DNA from: Raillietiella orientalis
Lineage: Eukaryota
Assembly (NCBI GenBank): GCA_036172245.1
Contig: JAYWIR010000005.1
Coordinates: 868,001 to 932,000 of the forward strand
Direction: 5' to 3'
DNA length: 64,000 bases
Part shown: positions 59,000-64,000 of the stretch, in pieces
Position numbering within the stretch: the first letter of the stretch is position 1
Layout: every line of letters begins with the position of its first letter
Translations under genes and position numbers: made by a program
Notes under the pieces: generated by a model
Seen by the model: the letters and a program-made list of their open reading frames with translations, nothing else
Databases searched by the model: none
Told to the model about the DNA's origin: nothing

Positions 59000-60400
59000 C
59001 GTTCGCGCGCCGGGGAGGCGTCTCCCGCGCTCGAACGCTCCATCACAGCCAGCCGCGCTTGCTCAGCCGGACGACCTCCAAAGGAAGGTGGCAGAAGAGC
59101 GCCGGCGGCGCTTCCCGACCTGAGGAGGCCCCCGGAGCGTCGGCGATGACCTGCACCCAGGGAGTCCAGGGAACGCAAACCTCCGGCCAGCCTGTCAATC
59201 CCAGATGCGAACCTCTTCCAGGCCACCGCCGTCTAGCAGCCGATGGGGGCGATGCCCTCAAGGGGAGATCCAGACCATGCAAGGGAAGCGCTCCTGAAGA
59301 AGCGCTTCAAACGAAGAGGGAGCCGGTTGCTTCCCGCGCGCAGCCTCGAGGGATCCCTGCGGGAAAATGGGGGGAGGGGCAATCGACCTCCTTCGTCACC
59401 CCCTTCCTGAAGCGAGCTGATTGCCCAAGGGGAGCAGCGCACCACAGAAAGCTACCAGCCCGTGGCCAGCCGAGTACCTGACCCAGGGAGAGCAGTCTTC
59501 CTCCATAGAAGGACGCGTGACCAGGGTCAACTTGGGTGCCATGAGCCGCCGCCATCATCCAGGGAACGCGCGTGATCGGCTGGCGCCGGAACCGCCCACG
59601 CCGCTCCTCTCCTTCCGCTCTCGCGAGTCGCCCATCCCTGAAGGGGACTCTCTGCTCCCATTTTTCTTTCACGGAAGAGAGAGGTCATGAGGGTCACAAA
59701 GACCATCCTCGCAGCCCTGTGGTGCCGCTGCTGCCACTTCCTCGCCTGCGTGCTTTGCGAGCCCGCCTTTGCTCGTTGCTTGGGCAACAGCTGCGTTTGA
59801 CGCTGCGGAGCGTGAGAGGTGCCCATGGCGATGGCGGCGTCGCAGGTTACAGGTTAGGTGGGGAGGCTTCACGGGAACTTCGCGCTCGCCAGGAACCGGC
59901 TGCTTCATCCCCGGGAACGACGCTCGGGGAACCGGACCTCACAAGAATGGAAAGGCAGGAGGTCTTATGCCGTTCCCTTAGCCCCTGAGACTCTCTCCCT
60001 CGCCAGGTGGAGTCGAGGTCGAGAGCCTTCCGACCTCTACAACAGAGGCAGTGGCCGCCCCCGTGACCTCTTTTGACGGACTCCCTGGAACGGCGGCCGC
60101 TTCGGTCCATCCGCCCATTCCTGGAGACGCAGAGGTCGCTCGGGATGCCCTCGCCGGTCCCTTTCGGCCCTGAGAAAGGGCGAATCTCCCCTCATCCTGG
60201 ACACGGACGGTTGCTGCCCTGCTCTTTACTGTTTCGATCTGGCCTACGCGGCCATCAGGAGGGATGCGTTTCTCCAGCCTACCCTCCCGGCAGACCGGGG
60301 ACAGTTGCATCCCCTGGGGCAACGGCCGCCTCCGTCATCTCTTAGGTTCCGTGGTGCCCGGCGGTGGCCTCCCGCCGTTGAGAAGGGGAAGCGGGAATTA
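59000..60400 (-). mobile_element. Possible highly degenerate LINE ORF2 fragment
   Basis: Only weak motifs: PADH (~FADD), VRYS/LGQVLG (~KYLG), LKRFF..AWSG (~F.W.G). Confidence 0.25.
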
Positions 60401-61040
60401 GGCAGCGCCCATCGCGCGCCCTCCTCCGCCCCGTTATCCTTCTCCCACGGCGCTTCCGGGACACTGGGCGTCCCGGCGGGGGGGTCAGCCGTCGTTGGGT
60501 CTCCCGGTGACAGGGGAATCCGCGGGAGCGTCGCCTGCAACGCCTCCTTTCGTGACGTCAGGACGCGGTCCCTACCTGAGGGCGTCTCCAGGGACGCTGA
60601 GGACCTGGTGAGTCCTCGGGTTCCGCCGTGGAAGGATAGTCTCCGGGAGCTCCACCCGGTATCTCGAGACGAAAAGGAGGGATACGTGGTGCCCCGCATC
60701 ACGGGAGACCGCTGTCTCTTGCCCGAAGGACTGCCGCGAAGGGGTCCTTCCTCAGAGCGGGTCCCGGATGAGCAACTGCAAGGAGGAGAGCGGCAGAGAG
60801 CCACGGAACCGCAGGAATCCCCGAGTAGAAAGGCGAGAAAAGGGGGAGAAAGGAGAGGAGAAGGGGAAGAAAAGAAGGAGGAGGGGGAGGGGGAGAAAGA
60901 GAAGAAGAGGAAGAGAAGCAGAGAAGGAGAAGGGGAGAAAGGAGTGGAGGAGGGGACGAAGAGGAAGAGGAGGAGTCCCCATGGGCGCTTGCTCCTTCTT
61001 GGACCGGCTGCCCGTGACGCCCACGCGCGGCGGGACTCAC

Positions 61041-63449
61041 CTGTCTGAGCCGAAAGGCTGCTCACCCGACGTCCGAGGCGGCGATGGGCGCCCGTCGTCC
61101 CCCGCGCCCTTCCTCTGCAGCTGGAGGTACCTCTCCTTCGCCTGCAGGACGAGCTGGATCCAGCTCTGGAGCAGGGCAGGGGCAAGGGGCCGCGGCCCTC
61201 CCGCGGCCCCGCTCACCTGCGTGCAGCCGGCGTCAGCGTGGTGCAGCGTGAAGGCCGCCGAGATGGTGCCGAAGTCGTTTAGGTATACCACGGCGACGCA
61301 GGCGCGGTCCTTGGTCGACTGGTGGGCGTCCAGGTAGTCCAGCCGGAAGGGCGGCCTGACCACCCTCAGGCGGTTCTCGTGCTTTTTGCCGGAGTGCTTG
61401 CACACGAGCAGCACGTCCGTGAACAGCAGGCAGACGACCTCCACCTGCGGAAGCGGGGAGTGGCGGGACCGCGTCGGGAGGGGCGACTGGGGCACTCACC
61501 TTGGGGGCGCCCGGCTCCTTCAACCGGAACTCGCACTCAGCCACCAGGCGGCGCCTATCTTCGGCTGCGCAGCCGGGCATCGGCACGGTCAGGTCGAGGT
61601 TCGAGTAGGAGCGGATGAGGCGCTCCAGCTCCTCGTCTTTGGTCTCCTGGAGGATGGGAGAGAGGGGGTGGAAGCAGAGTTAGGTCAGCGGGGTCACCCC
61701 CGGCTTGCCCCGTCTTCGAGGCAGGAACGCCCCCGGCCCTTCCCGGCCCACAAGCGCCGCTCACCAGGATGTCGTACGAGTCAATGCGGCTGATGACCCC
61801 TTGCGTCCTGTTGCTGTCGTTCTTCTGCTTGACTCCGAGGTCGACCGAGTTGAGGAAGAGCTTGACCTCCTGGACCTAATGGGGGAGGGGAAGCAGGCTG
61901 CGACCCTTCGCTGCCGGCAAGCCGCTCACCAGCGCGCCGGTTTCTCTCCGGGCTTTCGGCTCCTCCAGGGTCTTCCCGATCGCCAGCAGCAGCAGGGGGT
62001 ATTGGGTCAGGCGGATCATCGGCTTCACCAGCAGGTCCACCAGCTTCAGACGGCGGCACTCCTTCCGCGTCTCGCACCACTTCCGGGAGAGGAAGACTCC
62101 TGGCCCGCGAGGGCCCCCGTCCGCATCCTCCCTTCCTCCCGGCCGGGAGCGCCCTGCACGGGGTCACGGAAGAAGTCGCGACTCCGTCGCCGCCGCCGCC
62201 GCCGCCACCCCTCCGAGACGACCCGGGGCGGCGGCATCCTCATCCCGAGTTGCCTCCACTGCTCTCGTGATCTCCCTCCAGTCTCCTCCCCCCCACACTC
62301 TGCTGCTTCCTCTGAGGGCCCGCGCGGCGCACACCCGGCCGGCCCCGGCGAGAGGGGAGAGGCGGGCAGGTCAGCGGGAAACTCACCGACAGGAAGATCT
62401 CGAAGCCCTCGTCCTCGCAGCGCCTCTCGCGGCAGTAGTTCTGGCAGTTCTGCTGGTCCGCGCAGTACTCAATGTAGGGGTGGAAGTACCGCCTCATCTG
62501 GAAGGGCCTTGTGTGGGCGGGACGCTCCGCCCCCTATCAGGTGCACTGGGCTCCCAGCTCTCCGCCTCGCTAGGGTGCTCCCCCCCGAATGGTCCCCTTC
62601 TCTCTCCCTCTCCCAGACCGAGGCTCCCCATCAGCTTCTTGAGGGACGCGGAAAGGGTTGTGGCCCCTCTTTCGTGCCATCCCTTCCCACTACCATCACC
62701 ACCGAGCGAGGCGTCCTCGTGCTGAGGGATTCGCCTGCCCGCGGCGGCGACGTGCGCCCTTCGGCGGAAGGGGAGAACGGTGGAGGGACCTTGCGATCAA
62801 CGTTGCTCAGGACGAGCTCCTCCTTTGCTCGAGCTTGCGGGGGGTCGCCTCGGAGACCCTCGGCCGCGGATCCACATGGACCTGCAGGAGGAGCATGTTC
62901 CGACGCGAGGCGGGGGAGGGGCGAAGCCGACTGAAAGGGGACGAAGCAGCGGCGCGCTCGGGGTCAGATCGGGGTGCCGGGGCGTGAGACCCCTCTCCCT
63001 GCTCACCTCCCGGAACCCGTCCAGCAGCACCCATGGGTCCAGGCAGCGACTGCGCTCCCTGGAGGGCTGCAGGACGGGGAGGACGTGGTCGATCCAGAAT
63101 TTCGCGTTGGCTTCGAACACGCCGACGATGTTGCTGAAGAGCGACCTCTGGTCAATGGACAGGAGCAGCTCATCCTTCTGCAGGTCGACCAGGCAGGACA
63201 GGAACAGCTGAGGAAAACCAACGTCTCTTGACGGCGGCCGGGCGGGCGACATGACGGGGGGAGGAAAGGGGGCAAGATCCTACGTCTATTGTCAGGAGGA
63301 CGTCGCGCAGGTACGTGTTCTCGGTCTTGATGAGCTCCCAGACAGAGATCTGGCACTGTGACACCTGCTTGCCGGGGTCCTGGGACTCTGCTCCTCCCAC
63401 GCAGTGCCTCCACGCTTCCTCCAGGCAGACCTCTTCTGGAACGAGATGG
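61041..63449 (-). CDS. PLEKHG5: PLEKHG5-like Rho guanine nucleotide exchange factor (DH + PH domains), partial: upstream exons and terminal exon not resolved
   Basis: Phase-consistent exons: 63449-63284, 63207-63007, 62497-62387, 62079-61930, 61875-61765, 61646-61500, 61444-61217, 61165-61041. DH motifs: VWELIKTENTYLRD, LFSNI, FHPYIEYC, WCETRKECRRLKLVDLLVKPMIRLTQYPLLL. The linker SRIDSYD...LDLTVPMPG and the PH segment VVCLLFTDVLLVCK...VVRPP...VYLNDF...SWIQ closely parallel the PLEKHG5 sequence as I recall it. Confidence 0.88.
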
Positions 63450-64000
63450 CTGGGAAGCAGCAGGAGAGGGAGGTGGGAGAGCGAGCCCCTCGGGGAGGAG
63501 AGGGCGTGGGCGTGACACCCCCTCTGCACAGGCAATTTCTTCTCTCCCTTACCCCTCTCTCTGAGAAGGGCGGAATCCCAGCTAACCACCAGCCATCGTA
63601 TCTCGCCTCGGCCTTCGCCTTCCCTCGTTCTCAGGGCGAACTTTCTGCCCGCGGACGAGGTGCCCGGTGCTCGCGGTCTGCGGACATCCCTCGTCCGAGA
63701 AAGAGCAGGTCGCCTTGGTAAGCCCGAGATCGATGAAGGGTACGAGCGATGCTACATTTAGCGCAGGAGAAGGAAGCGACGTCTTAGGGCTGCTCGTACC
63801 CTTCACCGATCACCTCCGGATGTCTTCTTTTCTGCTTCTAGCCAACGCTCATGCGGTCCCTTTTCCCCTCTCCGTGGGTCCGTCCAAATGATTGATCAAG
63901 GAAACAGCCTGGACCCTTCCGCCCCGGTTCATCTCTCTCTCCCGTTCCCTTCGCGGACTTAGTCGTGAACCGGCAGGAAGGCTGGGACTTATACGAAAGC

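Noticed and set aside
1..64000. CRISPR array, rRNA, prokaryotic operon or defence system, non-canonical splice code
   Set aside because: No regularly spaced repeats or rRNA-like sequence. The genes are intron-containing eukaryotic genes, and all confidently placed introns are GT-AG.

Overview
This is eukaryotic (metazoan, most likely arthropod) genomic DNA. It is GC- and CpG-rich, with compact GT-AG introns (45-64 nt at the short end). Most ORFs in the six-frame track are GC-driven artefacts. Two spliced genes can be reconstructed, both on the minus strand. (1) A complete NWD1/NWD2-type STAND NTPase (DUF4062-like N-terminus, NACHT, WD40 repeats), 39433->17929, with 25-26 coding exons and about 1,670-1,690 aa. 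(2) A partial PLEKHG5-like DH-PH RhoGEF, 63449->61041. There is also an orphan 163-aa single-TM ORF (12812-13303), a CpG-depleted degraded coding segment (~48.1-49.5 kb) and a possible small plus-strand spliced gene near 17.1-17.4 kb. Introns and intergenic DNA hold many decayed mobile elements: an L1/Tx1-like LINE family whose 3' end is AATAAA plus a short conserved motif with no poly(A), a tRNA-derived SINE-like family with two B-boxes (at least 8 copies), and probable DIRS, hAT/Buster and piggyBac relics. No rRNA, intact tRNA, CRISPR array or prokaryotic system is supported, and I cannot claim a wholly new biological system. The best leads are the Walker B D->N change and the frame-preserving introns in the NWD gene, the LINE/SINE families, the CpG-depleted fragment ending in a GNRA hairpin, and an intronic pre-miRNA-like hairpin. 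All family assignments come from reading motifs by eye against recalled sequences, not from database searches.
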